Positions 55,546-64,000 of a DNA stretch of 64,000 nt are shown here, piece by piece. Numbering within the stretch: the first letter of the stretch is position 1; every line of letters starts with the position of its first letter. The position numbers were made by a program, and so were the translations under genes. Under the pieces are notes generated by a model, which did not search any database, was not told the DNA's origin, and saw only the letters and a list, made by a program, of their open reading frames with translations. The DNA is from Deltaproteobacteria bacterium (GTDB taxonomy: Bacteria > SAR324 > NAC60-12), in NCBI GenBank assembly GCA_038150265.1, contig JAYOTF010000005.1:46469-110468 (forward strand), given 5' to 3'.

Positions 55546-56603
55546 CGGGCACACTCCTGCACCAGGTGCGCAAAGGCTTCCAGGCCTCCCGGCGGAAGCA
55601 GGTCCGCCAGCCGGTTGCCACAGGCGCCGGGAGTGCGTTCGGCAAGGAAGGCCTCCCACCAGTCGCCTCCGGAAGTTGCGAGCTGTTGCTGCTCCAGCAG
55701 CACCCCGGCCTCGTGTTCTGCGACCCATGCGGCATTTTCCAGCTGATGAGAGTGAGGGAGGGGAACGAGAACCGTGTCCTTGCGCAAAGCCGCCAGCTCC
55801 CCGAGGATTCCCATGCCGGCGCGGGTCATCACCACATCGGCACAAGCGAGCAGGTCCCCCATCCCGGTGTGCACAAACTCCAGCGCCTGGTAGCCCGGAA
55901 GCGTGAGGTCGGTGGCCCGTCCGCTGCCCGTCAGGTGCACCACCTCATGGGTCTGGGTCCAGCGCTCCACCCAGGGGCGGATGGCTTCGTTGAGGCCCAC
56001 GGCGCCCTGACCGCCTCCGGTGATCACCAGCACAGGACGATCGGGCGGCAACCGAAATCGCTCCCTTCCTGCCTGAGCGGAGGCACGAAGGACTTCTGGA
56101 CGAACCACCGGGCCAATGCGAACCCTGCGGGCCGGACGTGAGAAGCCGTGGAGGGGATCGGGGTAGTGAGCCAGCGCTGTCGCGGCAGGGGCCATCAGGC
56201 GGTTGGCGAGTCCGGGGCGAACGTCCATCTGCAGCAGCACCTGTGGAATGCCCAGCCCCCTGGCCGCCCAGGCGACGGGGACGCTGACGAAGCTTCCGGC
56301 AGAAACGAGGACGTTGGGGCGGAACTCCCGGAGCCACTGTGCCCCTTGCCAGGCGCCTTTGAGGATGCGTCCGAGGTCGGTGACGTTCTGCCAGCTCCAG
56401 TAGCGCCGGAGCTTGCCTGAGGGAATGGGGTGAAAGGGAAGGCCTGCCTGTTCGACCATGGAGCGTTCCGGACCCGTCTCGCTTCCGAGGAAGAGGACCT
56501 CAGGCGGTTCCGGAAGGGTTTCCTGGAGGTGACGAGCGAGAGCAAGGAGGGGGGCGGTGGGCCCTCCGGAGCCTCCGCCGGTGAGCAGCAGCCGCAACGG
56601 CAT
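55542..56603 (-). CDS. MurG-family glycosyltransferase (GT28)
   Basis: LLTGGGSGGPTAP G-loop (GGTGGH-like but His replaced by Pro). C-terminal UDP-sugar binding region. Confidence 0.7.
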   Translation of the reverse strand: MPLRLLLTGGGSGGPTAPLLALARHLQETLPEPPEVLFLGSETGPERSMVEQAGLPFHPIPSGKLRRYWSWQNVTDLGRILKGAWQGAQWLREFRPNVLVSAGSFVSVPVAWAARGLGIPQVLLQMDVRPGLANRLMAPAATALAHYPDPLHGFSRPARRVRIGPVVRPEVLRASAQAGRERFRLPPDRPVLVITGGGQGAVGLNEAIRPWVERWTQTHEVVHLTGSGRATDLTLPGYQALEFVHTGMGDLLACADVVMTRAGMGILGELAALRKDTVLVPLPHSHQLENAAWVAEHEAGVLLEQQQLATSGGDWWEAFLAERTPGACGNRLADLLPPGGLEAFAHLVQECAR

Positions 56604-56608
56604 GAGGA

Positions 56609-57106
56609 TTAGCTGCGGCTGAGTGTGATCCTGGGCTCACGGATGACGGTTTTCTGGACCTCCCGAGGGGTGCCTTCGCGCAAGATCTTCACCGAGCGCA
56701 ACTCGGATCCGACCTTCAGCTGGGGAAGCAGCTCTTCGCCTGAGACGACCCGCCCCACCACGGGGCAGGTGCCGTCCAGGTGCGGAAGGGCTTCCAGGGC
56801 AATGAAAAACTCGCCACCGTTGTCCTGGGCTTCCGGGCTCAGGCCCACCATGCCGGCAGTGTCGAAGTGACGCCGGGGAGAGGGCTCTTGCTCCACACGG
56901 TACCCACAGCCTTCTCCAGCAGCCGTCTGACCAAAGTGCAGGCGCATCTGGGGAGCACCGCTGAAGAACTTCTGGCTGGTGTAAAATCCCTGCTCAGCCA
57001 ACTCCAGGAGGCTTGCCACTGCGTTGGGAGCATCGGCCTCATACAGCACGACCTCCAGGCGTCCGTGCTCAGTGTCCAGGGCGATTTTGGGCAAAGTGTT
57101 CGACAT
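56609..57106 (-). CDS. Peptidyl-prolyl cis-trans isomerase, cyclophilin type
   Basis: Cyclophilin fold motifs (FFIALEALPHLDGTCPVVGRVVSG). Confidence 0.9.
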   Translation of the reverse strand: MSNTLPKIALDTEHGRLEVVLYEADAPNAVASLLELAEQGFYTSQKFFSGAPQMRLHFGQTAAGEGCGYRVEQEPSPRRHFDTAGMVGLSPEAQDNGGEFFIALEALPHLDGTCPVVGRVVSGEELLPQLKVGSELRSVKILREGTPREVQKTVIREPRITLSRS

Positions 57107-57294
57107 GGTTGTTTCTTCAGAGGAGAGGGCGTTGCGGAGCCAGGAGTTGGGGAAAACGGTTCTTGTGTCGATCTGGAATTGCAGACCGACCCGGAATCTG
57201 CTGAAATCAGCGCACAGGTATCGGAACCTAATGACCTTACCAAACCTGTTATACAGGCTGGAAGCAGAAAATCAATCTATTGCAGGAGATTCCC

Positions 57295-57663
57295 ATGTCA
57301 ATCCTTTATGTGGACCACAACCTGGAACGCATGCAGGCCCTCAAGGAAAAACTGGAAGGGTGCTGTGAGGTGGAGTATGCGCCCAACGGCTGGGAAGGAC
57401 TGGGGGCAGCGATGATGTACAAGCCGCAGCTGGTGGTCCTGAACCTGATGGCAGAGGTGATGACGGGGCTGGAGATGCTCCGCTTGCTCCGGACGGAAGA
57501 CGCGCTGACCTCGCTGCCAGTGCTGGTGTTTACCGATCCGGAAAATGAGGAAGCGCACCGCTTGGCGCAGGAGCTGGGCTGCACGGCCCTGCTGGACTCT
57601 GCCGAACTCGACACCCTGGTGGGCGGAGTTCAGCAGTACCTTCCGGCACCGGCAGCAACCTGA
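57295..57663 (+). CDS. Stand-alone receiver (REC) domain protein lacking the phospho-acceptor aspartate (pseudo-receiver)
   Basis: ILYVDHN (acidic pair DD replaced by DH). QLVVLNLMAEVMTG (Asn at the D57-equivalent). Conserved Thr present, Lys-equivalent absent. Confidence 0.7.
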   Translation: MSILYVDHNLERMQALKEKLEGCCEVEYAPNGWEGLGAAMMYKPQLVVLNLMAEVMTGLEMLRLLRTEDALTSLPVLVFTDPENEEAHRLAQELGCTALLDSAELDTLVGGVQQYLPAPAAT

Positions 57664-57718
57664 ATCACAGGGCCTTGCTCAATGGACCTCAGGTCTCGGG
57701 GCAAGGCACCCAGCAGGG

Positions 57719-57985
57719 TCAGGCCGAGGCCTGGTTGGCAGCCACAGTCAGGCGGGACTTGTAGCGTGCCGCAGTGCGGTGGTGGAGGATGCCCTTGGTG
57801 ACCATCTTGTCGATCACCTTGTGCGTTTGGGGCAGCTCGCTCTGAATCTGCTCAGCGGCTCCGTTGTCCATGGTGCTCCGGAACTTCTTGAGGGAGGTGC
57901 GCAGGGTCGAGCGCAGGGAGCGGTTCCGGGCGGTGCGCTTGGCCGTTTGGCGGATGCGCTTTTTTGCTGACTTATGATGGGCCAT
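57719..57985 (-). CDS. rpsT: 30S ribosomal protein S20
   Basis: MAHHKSAKKRIRQTAKRTARNRSLRS... Confidence 0.9.
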   Translation of the reverse strand: MAHHKSAKKRIRQTAKRTARNRSLRSTLRTSLKKFRSTMDNGAAEQIQSELPQTHKVIDKMVTKGILHHRTAARYKSRLTVAANQASA

Positions 57986-58003
57986 GCGTCTCTTTTTCTC
58001 AGG

Positions 58004-58357
58004 TTAGAACGCGTTGACGATGTGCTCCAGAACCGGTTGGGGCTCTGTGAGCTGCACAGAAATAACATCAAACCGGGGCTGACGGTGGGTCAGGCCCTGT
58101 TGATCAAGGTACAGCAGCCCCAGTTGACGGAGCTTGCGGATCTTGCGGGGGTTCACCGAAAGCGACGGGTGAACCTGACTGCCGGAGCGGGTCTTCACTT
58201 CACAGAAGACGAGATACTCGCCTGCTTCCGCGACGATGTCAATCTCTCCCAGCCGGCACCGAAAGTTTCGGGCGCGGATGCGGTACCCCTGCTGCTGCAG
58301 AAACGCGGCAGCGTAGTCCTCTCCTGCTTTTCCCAGACGCTGACGCGCTTCGGTCAT
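58004..58357 (-). CDS. YraN-family (UPF0102) predicted endonuclease
   Basis: GEDYAAAFLQQQGYRIRARNFRCRLGEIDIVAEAGEYLVFCEVKTR. Confidence 0.8.
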   Translation of the reverse strand: MTEARQRLGKAGEDYAAAFLQQQGYRIRARNFRCRLGEIDIVAEAGEYLVFCEVKTRSGSQVHPSLSVNPRKIRKLRQLGLLYLDQQGLTHRQPRFDVISVQLTEPQPVLEHIVNAF

Positions 58358-58992
58358 AGCAGACTCAGTTGCTCCGGTCGCGGGCGACTCCGGAAGGTCT
58401 TCCGATGAATCGGGCTCAGGCCATGGGCCTGAATGGCCTGTCGGTGCTCACGGGTCGGGTACCCGAGGTGTCGGTCAAAGCCCCACTGCGGGTAACGGCG
58501 GGCGTAAACGCGCATCAGCCGGTCGTGCACCACCTTGGCCAGAATGGAAGCGGCCGCAATGCTGAGGGAGCGGGCATCTCCCTTGACCACCGTCTCGCCC
58601 GGAAGCTCAGTGGGCGGGTACCGGTTGCCGTCAATCAAGGCGTAGTCCGGACGAGGCGTGAGCCCATCGAGGCTGGCGGCCATGGCCTGCAGCGTGGCTG
58701 CAAGGATGTTGCTCTCATCAATGGCCTGCGCGGAGACCACGATGATCTTGTGTCCCTGAGCTTCCTTCCGGATGATGGAAAACAACCGCTCCCGTTCTTC
58801 CGGGGTCAGCTGCTTGGAGTCGTTCAGGGGGTGCGTGAGGTCCCACTGAGAACCGAGCACCACGGCGCTGACGACCAACGGTCCTGCCAGGGGTCCGCGT
58901 CCGGCCTCATCGACCCCCGCAACCTGAAGGAAGCCCCGCTGCTGAGCCTGGGCCTCCAGTTCCAGCGTGGGCTTACTTGCCAGCTTGGGCAA
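58354..58992 (-). CDS. rnhB: Ribonuclease HII
   Basis: [23 protein letters not shown]. Confidence 0.9.
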   Translation of the reverse strand: MPKLASKPTLELEAQAQQRGFLQVAGVDEAGRGPLAGPLVVSAVVLGSQWDLTHPLNDSKQLTPEERERLFSIIRKEAQGHKIIVVSAQAIDESNILAATLQAMAASLDGLTPRPDYALIDGNRYPPTELPGETVVKGDARSLSIAAASILAKVVHDRLMRVYARRYPQWGFDRHLGYPTREHRQAIQAHGLSPIHRKTFRSRPRPEQLSLL

Positions 58993-59359
58993 GGCGCGCG
59001 ATGCGGCTGTTCATGCGCTCCTTGATGCGAGCCGCCTTGCCCTTGCGATCGCGCAGGTAGTACAGCTTGGCCCGGCGGACCCGGCCTTCGCGCATCACCA
59101 CGATGCTTTCAATGCGCGGAGAGTGCAGCGGGAAGATCCGTTCCACTCCGTAACCCTGGGTGACCTTGCGGACGGTGAAGGTGGCCTTGGCGTTGTTCGG
59201 ACCGCAGTGCCGACCGATGACAATGCCCTCGTAGGCCTGGATGCGCTCTTTGTTTCCCTCGGTCACGCGATAATTGACGCGCACGGTGCAGCCCACCCGG
59301 AAGTCCGGAAGGTTGTCGCGAAGCTGGGATTGCTCCACAATTTCCATCAACGTAGCCAT
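58973..59359 (-). CDS. rplS: 50S ribosomal protein L19
   Basis: Conserved L19 sequence. Downstream of trmD. Confidence 0.9.
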   Translation of the reverse strand: MATLMEIVEQSQLRDNLPDFRVGCTVRVNYRVTEGNKERIQAYEGIVIGRHCGPNNAKATFTVRKVTQGYGVERIFPLHSPRIESIVVMREGRVRRAKLYYLRDRKGKAARIKERMNSRIARLAQAGK

Positions 59360-59371
59360 TTTCGTTTTCAG

Positions 59372-60064
59372 CTAGGGTTTGAGTAGATCCGGGCGTCGCT
59401 GCGCGGTACGTTGCTTCGCCTGATCTCGCCGCCATGCGGCGATGCGTTGGTGATTGCCTGAAAGCAGCACTTCTGGAACCTTCAGGCCTCGAAATTCGGG
59501 GGGACGCGTGTATTGAGGAAACTCAAGCAACGCCTCCGAAAAGGATTCTTGTACGCTGGAGTCGGCATTTCCCAACACCCCGGGAACCAACCGCCCCACT
59601 GCCTCCAGGAGGGTCAGGGCAATGACTTCTCCACCCAGGCAGATGAAGTCGCCTCCTGAAATTTCTTCATCCACAAAGGTCCGGATCCGCTCATCGAATC
59701 CCTCGTACCGTCCGCAGATGAGGACCAGCGTTTCGTCGCGCTGACTCAACTCCCGGGCCTTGGCCTGGTGAAAGGGCTCGCCCTGAGGAGTCAGCAAAAT
59801 CTTGTGAACCGCACGTCCGTGCTGGGCGTTGCGCTCTTCGCAGTCCTGAAGCGCCTCCCAGATGGGCTCGGTCCGCAGCACCATTCCGGGGCCGCCCCCG
59901 TAGGGCTCGTCATCCACCTGCTGGTGCTTGCCCCGTCCAAAACGTCGGAAGGGGTTGAGCGTCACCTCCAGGTGCTCGTTCGCCAGGGCCCGACTCAGCA
60001 ATCCTTCCTGAAGAAAGGGCTGAAAGAACTCCGGAAACAGGGTCAGGACTTCAAACCGCAGCAT
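59372..60064 (-). CDS. trmD: tRNA (guanine37-N1)-methyltransferase
   Basis: MLRFEVLTLFPEFF... SPOUT fold. Confidence 0.95.
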   Translation of the reverse strand: MLRFEVLTLFPEFFQPFLQEGLLSRALANEHLEVTLNPFRRFGRGKHQQVDDEPYGGGPGMVLRTEPIWEALQDCEERNAQHGRAVHKILLTPQGEPFHQAKARELSQRDETLVLICGRYEGFDERIRTFVDEEISGGDFICLGGEVIALTLLEAVGRLVPGVLGNADSSVQESFSEALLEFPQYTRPPEFRGLKVPEVLLSGNHQRIAAWRRDQAKQRTAQRRPDLLKP

Positions 60065-60603
60065 CAGGTGTCCTCTTCCCCCAGCAGGCCGGGGATGGGG
60101 TCAATGACGACACGGCGTTCGTGAACATTGACCTCCTTGACGATTTCCGGAATGGCCGGGACCAGGAATTCGCCGGTTTCGGTCTGGACCTCATACACGT
60201 CGTTGGCGCCGGTTTCGAGGATGCCCTTGAGGACCCCGAGCTTGGCACCCGTGAGGTCGAAGACGTCACAGCCGTAGAGCTGATACTGGAAGAATTCCCC
60301 TTCTGCCAGCGGCTTGAGGGCGTCATCTGGAATCAGCAACCGGGCCCGTTTGAAGGACTCGGCGGCGGTGCGGTCTTCCAGGCCTTGCAGCGCGAGCAAC
60401 CAGTGGTGGTGCCGCCACACAAAGCTTTCGATCTCATGGTAGTGAAGGGTCTCCTCCTTTTCGAGGAAGACGCCTTCCAGATCAAGGTAGTACTCCGGAT
60501 CGTCTGTGAGAGGAGCCACCTTCAGTTCCCCCCGGAGCCCATGGGCGCCGATGACGGTTCCGAGCCAGGTCAGCTCGTCATAATCCCGCAGGCGTTCCGG
60601 CAC
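60064..60603 (-). CDS. rimM: 16S rRNA processing protein RimM
   Basis: LGTVIGAHGLRGELKV. PRC barrel. Confidence 0.85.
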   Translation of the reverse strand: MPERLRDYDELTWLGTVIGAHGLRGELKVAPLTDDPEYYLDLEGVFLEKEETLHYHEIESFVWRHHHWLLALQGLEDRTAAESFKRARLLIPDDALKPLAEGEFFQYQLYGCDVFDLTGAKLGVLKGILETGANDVYEVQTETGEFLVPAIPEIVKEVNVHERRVVIDPIPGLLGEEDT

Positions 60604-60609
60604 CGGAGG

Positions 60610-60849
60610 TCAGCCCTGCTCAGCCTGCTTCATGAGGCGCTGAACCCGGTCCGTCGGCTGTGCGCCCACGGAGACCCAGTACTTGGCGCGCTCCATGTCG
60701 ATGTCAAAGCGGTTCTCGTCCACCATCGGGTTGTAGAAGCCAATGCGCTCAATGAAGCGGCCTTCACGCTTGTTGCGCGAGTCGATCACCACAATGCGGT
60801 AGTAGGGGCGTTTTTTGGCTCCGCCCCGAGCCAGTCGGATTTTGACCAT
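60610..60849 (-). CDS. rpsP: 30S ribosomal protein S16
   Basis: [34 protein letters not shown]. Confidence 0.95.
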   Translation of the reverse strand: MVKIRLARGGAKKRPYYRIVVIDSRNKREGRFIERIGFYNPMVDENRFDIDMERAKYWVSVGAQPTDRVQRLMKQAEQG

Positions 60850-60904
60850 TTAACTCAGTCAGGTAACAAGGGTTGAGACTTCCAGGAAGCCGTTGCATGC
60901 GCCC

Positions 60905-62245
60905 TTAGCGGGGCATCATGTTCTGCATCATCCGCATCGCCTTGCCGGGATCGGACGTACGGGAAAGCTTGGACATCATCTTGCGCATCTGCGCAAACTG
61001 CTTGAGCAGGCGGTTGATCTCACTCACCTGCACCCCGCTTCCCTTGGCAATGCGCGCCCGTCGGGAGCCGTTGATGATGTTCGGGTGCTGACGCTCCTTC
61101 ATGGTCATGGAGGAGATGATGGCCTCAATCCGGACCAGTTGCTTGTCGTCGACATTCGCATTCTTCAGAGCGCCGGCGTTCATGCCGGGGAGCATGCCCA
61201 GGAGGTCCTTGATCGACCCCATCTTCCGCATCGTCCGCAGCTGATCCCGGAAGTCGTCTAGCGAAAACTCATTCTTCTTGAGCTTCTGCTGAACCTGCAG
61301 CGCCGATTTTTCGTCATAGGCCGTCCCGACTTTCTCAATCAGCGAAAGCATGTCGCCCATGCCAAGGATGCGGGAGGCAATCCGTCCGGGGTGGAAGGGC
61401 TCCAGCGCATCCAGCTTCTCACCCGTGGTGATGTACTTGATGGGCTTTTGCGTGATCGCCCGGATGGACAGCGCGGCCCCGCCTCGGGCGTCTCCGTCCA
61501 TCTTGGTCAGCACAATGCCCGAGACATTGAGCCGCTCGTCAAACCCGCGGGCCACGTTCACGGCTTCCTGACCGGTCATCGCGTCAGCGACAAAGAGGAT
61601 CTCCTGAGGCTTCACGGCGGCTTTGACCCGCTCCAGCTCGGCCATCAGGGCTTCGTCGATCTGCAGGCGTCCGGCGGTGTCAATGAGGACCACGTTCGCG
61701 CCCTGCGCCTGCGCCTCCGCAAGGCCGGACCGGACAATGTCCACCGGGTCCATATCGGTCCGCGAAGCAAAGACCGGCACCTGAAGCGTCCGGGCCAGCA
61801 CATGCAGCTGCTCAATGGCCGCAGGCCGGTAGATGTCAGCCGGGATCAGGTACGGCTTGCGTCCCTGAGACTGCGCCAGCTTGGCCAGCTTCCCCGTGGT
61901 GGTGGTCTTTCCGGAGCCCTGCAGGCCCACCATCATCGTCAGGAGGAGGTCGTGCTCCTTGAAGTCGAGCCCCACGCCTTCGCCGCCCATCATGTCCGTC
62001 AGTTCTTCGTTGACGATCTTGATGAACTGCTGTCCGGGGCTGAGGCTGCCTTGCACCTCTTCGCCAATGGCCCGGGACTGAACGGAGCGCAGAAACGCCT
62101 TCACCACCCGGAAGTTGACGTCGGCTTCCAGCAGCGCCATTTTGACTTCATTGAGGGTGCCCTTGATGTTGTCTTCCGTCAACCGACCCTGCCCCCGAAC
62201 CTTGCGGAGTGAGCCTGTTAATTTGGTGGAAAGTGTTTCAAACAT
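60905..62245 (-). CDS. ffh: Signal recognition particle protein Ffh
   Basis: N, G (GLQGSGKTTT) and M domains. Confidence 0.95.
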   Translation of the reverse strand: MFETLSTKLTGSLRKVRGQGRLTEDNIKGTLNEVKMALLEADVNFRVVKAFLRSVQSRAIGEEVQGSLSPGQQFIKIVNEELTDMMGGEGVGLDFKEHDLLLTMMVGLQGSGKTTTTGKLAKLAQSQGRKPYLIPADIYRPAAIEQLHVLARTLQVPVFASRTDMDPVDIVRSGLAEAQAQGANVVLIDTAGRLQIDEALMAELERVKAAVKPQEILFVADAMTGQEAVNVARGFDERLNVSGIVLTKMDGDARGGAALSIRAITQKPIKYITTGEKLDALEPFHPGRIASRILGMGDMLSLIEKVGTAYDEKSALQVQQKLKKNEFSLDDFRDQLRTMRKMGSIKDLLGMLPGMNAGALKNANVDDKQLVRIEAIISSMTMKERQHPNIINGSRRARIAKGSGVQVSEINRLLKQFAQMRKMMSKLSRTSDPGKAMRMMQNMMPR

Positions 62246-62315
62246 CGTCTTTAGCGTCCCCTAGTGGAGTCAAACTGACTATTAACTAGGATTTGAGGCG
62301 ATCTGTCAAGGTTTT

Positions 62316-64000
62316 TCAGGAAACGCTCAGGGGAGGAGCCGTTGCCTGGAGGCGGACGGCACAAAACTTAAACTCCGGGATCTTTCCAAAGGGGTCGAGC
62401 GCATCGGTGGTCAGGAGGTTGGCGGCCGCTTCATGGTAGGAAAACGCCATGTACACGCTCCCGCGTGGGACCCCCGCATCCGGACGGACCTGCGCCGTCA
62501 ATTCCCCTCGGCGAGACTGCACCCGGAGCTGCGCGTCGTCATCCGGATTCAGCTGAGCCCAGTCTTCAGGGTGGATGCTGATCACGGGAACCGGCTCCAC
62601 CGCGTCCAGCACCCGCGCCCGGCGGGTCATGCTTCCGGTGTGCCAGTGCTCCAGCTGCCGTCCGGTGACAAAGACAAAGGGGTAGGTGGCATCCGGAAGC
62701 TCATGTGCGGGCGTGAAGGTCGCCGGAACAAACTGGGCGCGCTGCGAAGGTCGGGGAAAGTGCTCCTGGAAGAGGATCGGAGCCCCCGGGTCGCCTTCCT
62801 GTTCGCAGGGGTAGGTGACGCTGTGTTCGCGCTCCAGGCGTTCCCAGGTGATGCCGGCCATGCTGGGGGTGGCCTGCCGGACTTCCGCAAAGATTGCCTC
62901 GGGTCCGGAATAGTTCCACGGCAGCCCCAGGCGCTGGGCCAGTTGCTGGAGGATCCACCAGTCCTGGCGCGCCTCTCCGGGCGGATCCAGGGCCTGACGC
63001 CCAAGCTGAACCTGCCGGTTGGTGTTGGTGAAGGTTCCGGTTTTTTCCGGAAACGCCGAGGCCGGAAGCAGGACATCGGCAAAACCGGCGGTCTCGGTGG
63101 GAAAGATGTCCTGCACCACCAGGTGCTGCAGCCGGGCCAGGGCCTCACGGGTGTGGTTCAGGTTCGGGTCCGACATGGCCGGATTCTCCCCCATGATGTA
63201 AATGCCCTGAATCGTCCCCTGGTGCACCGCCTCGGTGATCTCCACCACCGTCAATCCCGGGTTCGGATCCAGCGGGGTGTTCCAGAGGGCTTCAAAGAAC
63301 GCCCGGGCTTCTGGAGCATCCACGCGCTGGTAGTCCGGAAACACCATCGGGATGAGGCCCATGTCGGAGGCTCCCTGCACGTTGTTTTGGCCGCGCAGGG
63401 GGTGGAGCCCGGTTCCGGGACGTCCGATCTGGCCCGTCATCAGCGCCAGCGCAATCAGGCAGCGGGCGTTGTCGGTGCCATGCGTGTGCTGCGAGACCCC
63501 CATGCCCCAGAAGATGATGGAGCGCTCAGCGGTGGCGTAGCAGCGTGCCACCTCCCGGAGCGTCTCCGCAGGGATGCCACAGATCGGCGCCATGCGTTCC
63601 GGAGCATACGCCTCCAGGTTGGCGCGGAAGGCCTCAAAGTTTTCGGTACGCTCGGCGATGAAGGCTTCATCGCACCAGCCCTCGGACACAATGACATGCA
63701 TCAGGGCATTGAACAGCGCCACATCCGTTCCGGGATGAAAGTGCAGGCCATGGGTGGCATGCCGGGCCAGCTCGGTTCGACGCGGGTCAATCATCACCAG
63801 CGTCTTCCCGGCCTTGGCGGCATTCTTGAAGAAGGTCGCCGCAACTGGGTGGTTCGCCGTGGTGTTGGAGCCCACCACCACAATGACCTCAGCGTCTTCT
63901 GCGTCGGTGAACGGATTGGAAACGGCGCCGGAGCCGATTCCTTCCAACAGGGCGGCCACCGAAGAGGCATGACACAACCGGGTGCAGTGATCCACGTTGT
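62316..64000 (-). CDS. Formate dehydrogenase alpha subunit-like molybdopterin oxidoreductase, C-terminal approximately 560 aa; gene continues past the window end
   Basis: Molybdopterin oxidoreductase domains (CHASSVAALLEGIGSGA, MGENPAMSDPN) and C-terminal MopB_CT-like barrel. 5' end outside the window. Confidence 0.85.
   Translation of the reverse strand, partial: NVDHCTRLCHASSVAALLEGIGSGAVSNPFTDAEDAEVIVVVGSNTTANHPVAATFFKNAAKAGKTLVMIDPRRTELARHATHGLHFHPGTDVALFNALMHVIVSEGWCDEAFIAERTENFEAFRANLEAYAPERMAPICGIPAETLREVARCYATAERSIIFWGMGVSQHTHGTDNARCLIALALMTGQIGRPGTGLHPLRGQNNVQGASDMGLIPMVFPDYQRVDAPEARAFFEALWNTPLDPNPGLTVVEITEAVHQGTIQGIYIMGENPAMSDPNLNHTREALARLQHLVVQDIFPTETAGFADVLLPASAFPEKTGTFTNTNRQVQLGRQALDPPGEARQDWWILQQLAQRLGLPWNYSGPEAIFAEVRQATPSMAGITWERLEREHSVTYPCEQEGDPGAPILFQEHFPRPSQRAQFVPATFTPAHELPDATYPFVFVTGRQLEHWHTGSMTRRARVLDAVEPVPVISIHPEDWAQLNPDDDAQLRVQSRRGELTAQVRPDAGVPRGSVYMAFSYHEAAANLLTTDALDPFGKIPEFKFCAVRLQATAPPLSVS

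Noticed and set aside
62316-64000. Selenocysteine (in-frame TGA) in the formate dehydrogenase alpha subunit
   Set aside because: The Sec/Cys position lies in the N-terminal region outside the window, so it cannot be assessed here.

Overview
High-GC (~62-64%) bacterial chromosomal window, apparently from a didermic (Gram-negative-type) organism: it encodes an OmpA/Pal-like lipoprotein, a TolQ/ExbB-TolR/ExbD pair and an outer-membrane beta-barrel protein. Nearly all genes are on the minus strand and no mobile elements, CRISPR arrays or tRNAs were found. Contents from start to end:

(1) The 5' end of a thiamine ABC substrate-binding gene (thiB/tbpA-like), preceded by a clear TPP riboswitch.
(2) An orphan PAS histidine kinase and a canonical CobB-type sirtuin.
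(3) A form-II CoxSLM-like molybdenum hydroxylase operon (AYRGAGR motif, so not a true CO dehydrogenase).
(4) A roughly 11 kb lanthanide-type PQQ alcohol dehydrogenase locus, the main finding. It comprises a PedH/ExaF/XoxF-type enzyme with the DYD motif, cytochrome c550, two periplasmic binding proteins and an ABC transporter. It also carries the poorly characterised 'quinoprotein relay' accessory genes: a SoxYZ-like fusion carrier with an internal GGGC cysteine, an MBL zinc hydrolase, a YVTN beta-propeller, a CXXCW rhodanese-like protein, a Sel1 protein and an acidic secreted hypothetical. An AraC regulator sits upstream.
(5) A GST, an outer-membrane beta-barrel protein, a tandem-thioredoxin periplasmic protein and an SDR.
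(6) phnDCEE phosphonate uptake with a DUF47 (PhoU-like) gene, convergent with a PiT phosphate transporter.
(7) An Fe(III)-type ABC transporter with a fused permease.
(8) A PFOR (nifJ-like) gene with a dihydroorotate-dehydrogenase-like partner.
(9) A 468-bp structured intergenic region containing an AT-rich island and a terminator-like hairpin.
(10) A 5-hydroxyisourate hydrolase coupled to an orphan two-NBD ABC ATPase.
(11) A solitary flagellin with a good sigma-28 promoter, and further on a solitary FliN-like gene.
(12) TauE, Mini-RNase III, an R3H protein, Lon, HemL, TatA, the OmpA/Pal-like lipoprotein with TolQ/ExbB and TolR/ExbD, an acyl-CoA dehydrogenase with a perfect 21-bp operator palindrome, an orphan DppD-like ATPase, a MurG-family GT28, a cyclophilin and an aspartate-less receiver.
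(13) The ffh-rpsP-rimM-trmD-rplS-rnhB-yraN-rpsT block.
(14) The 3' part of a formate dehydrogenase alpha-subunit gene.

Long antisense ORFs over the real genes are high-GC artefacts.
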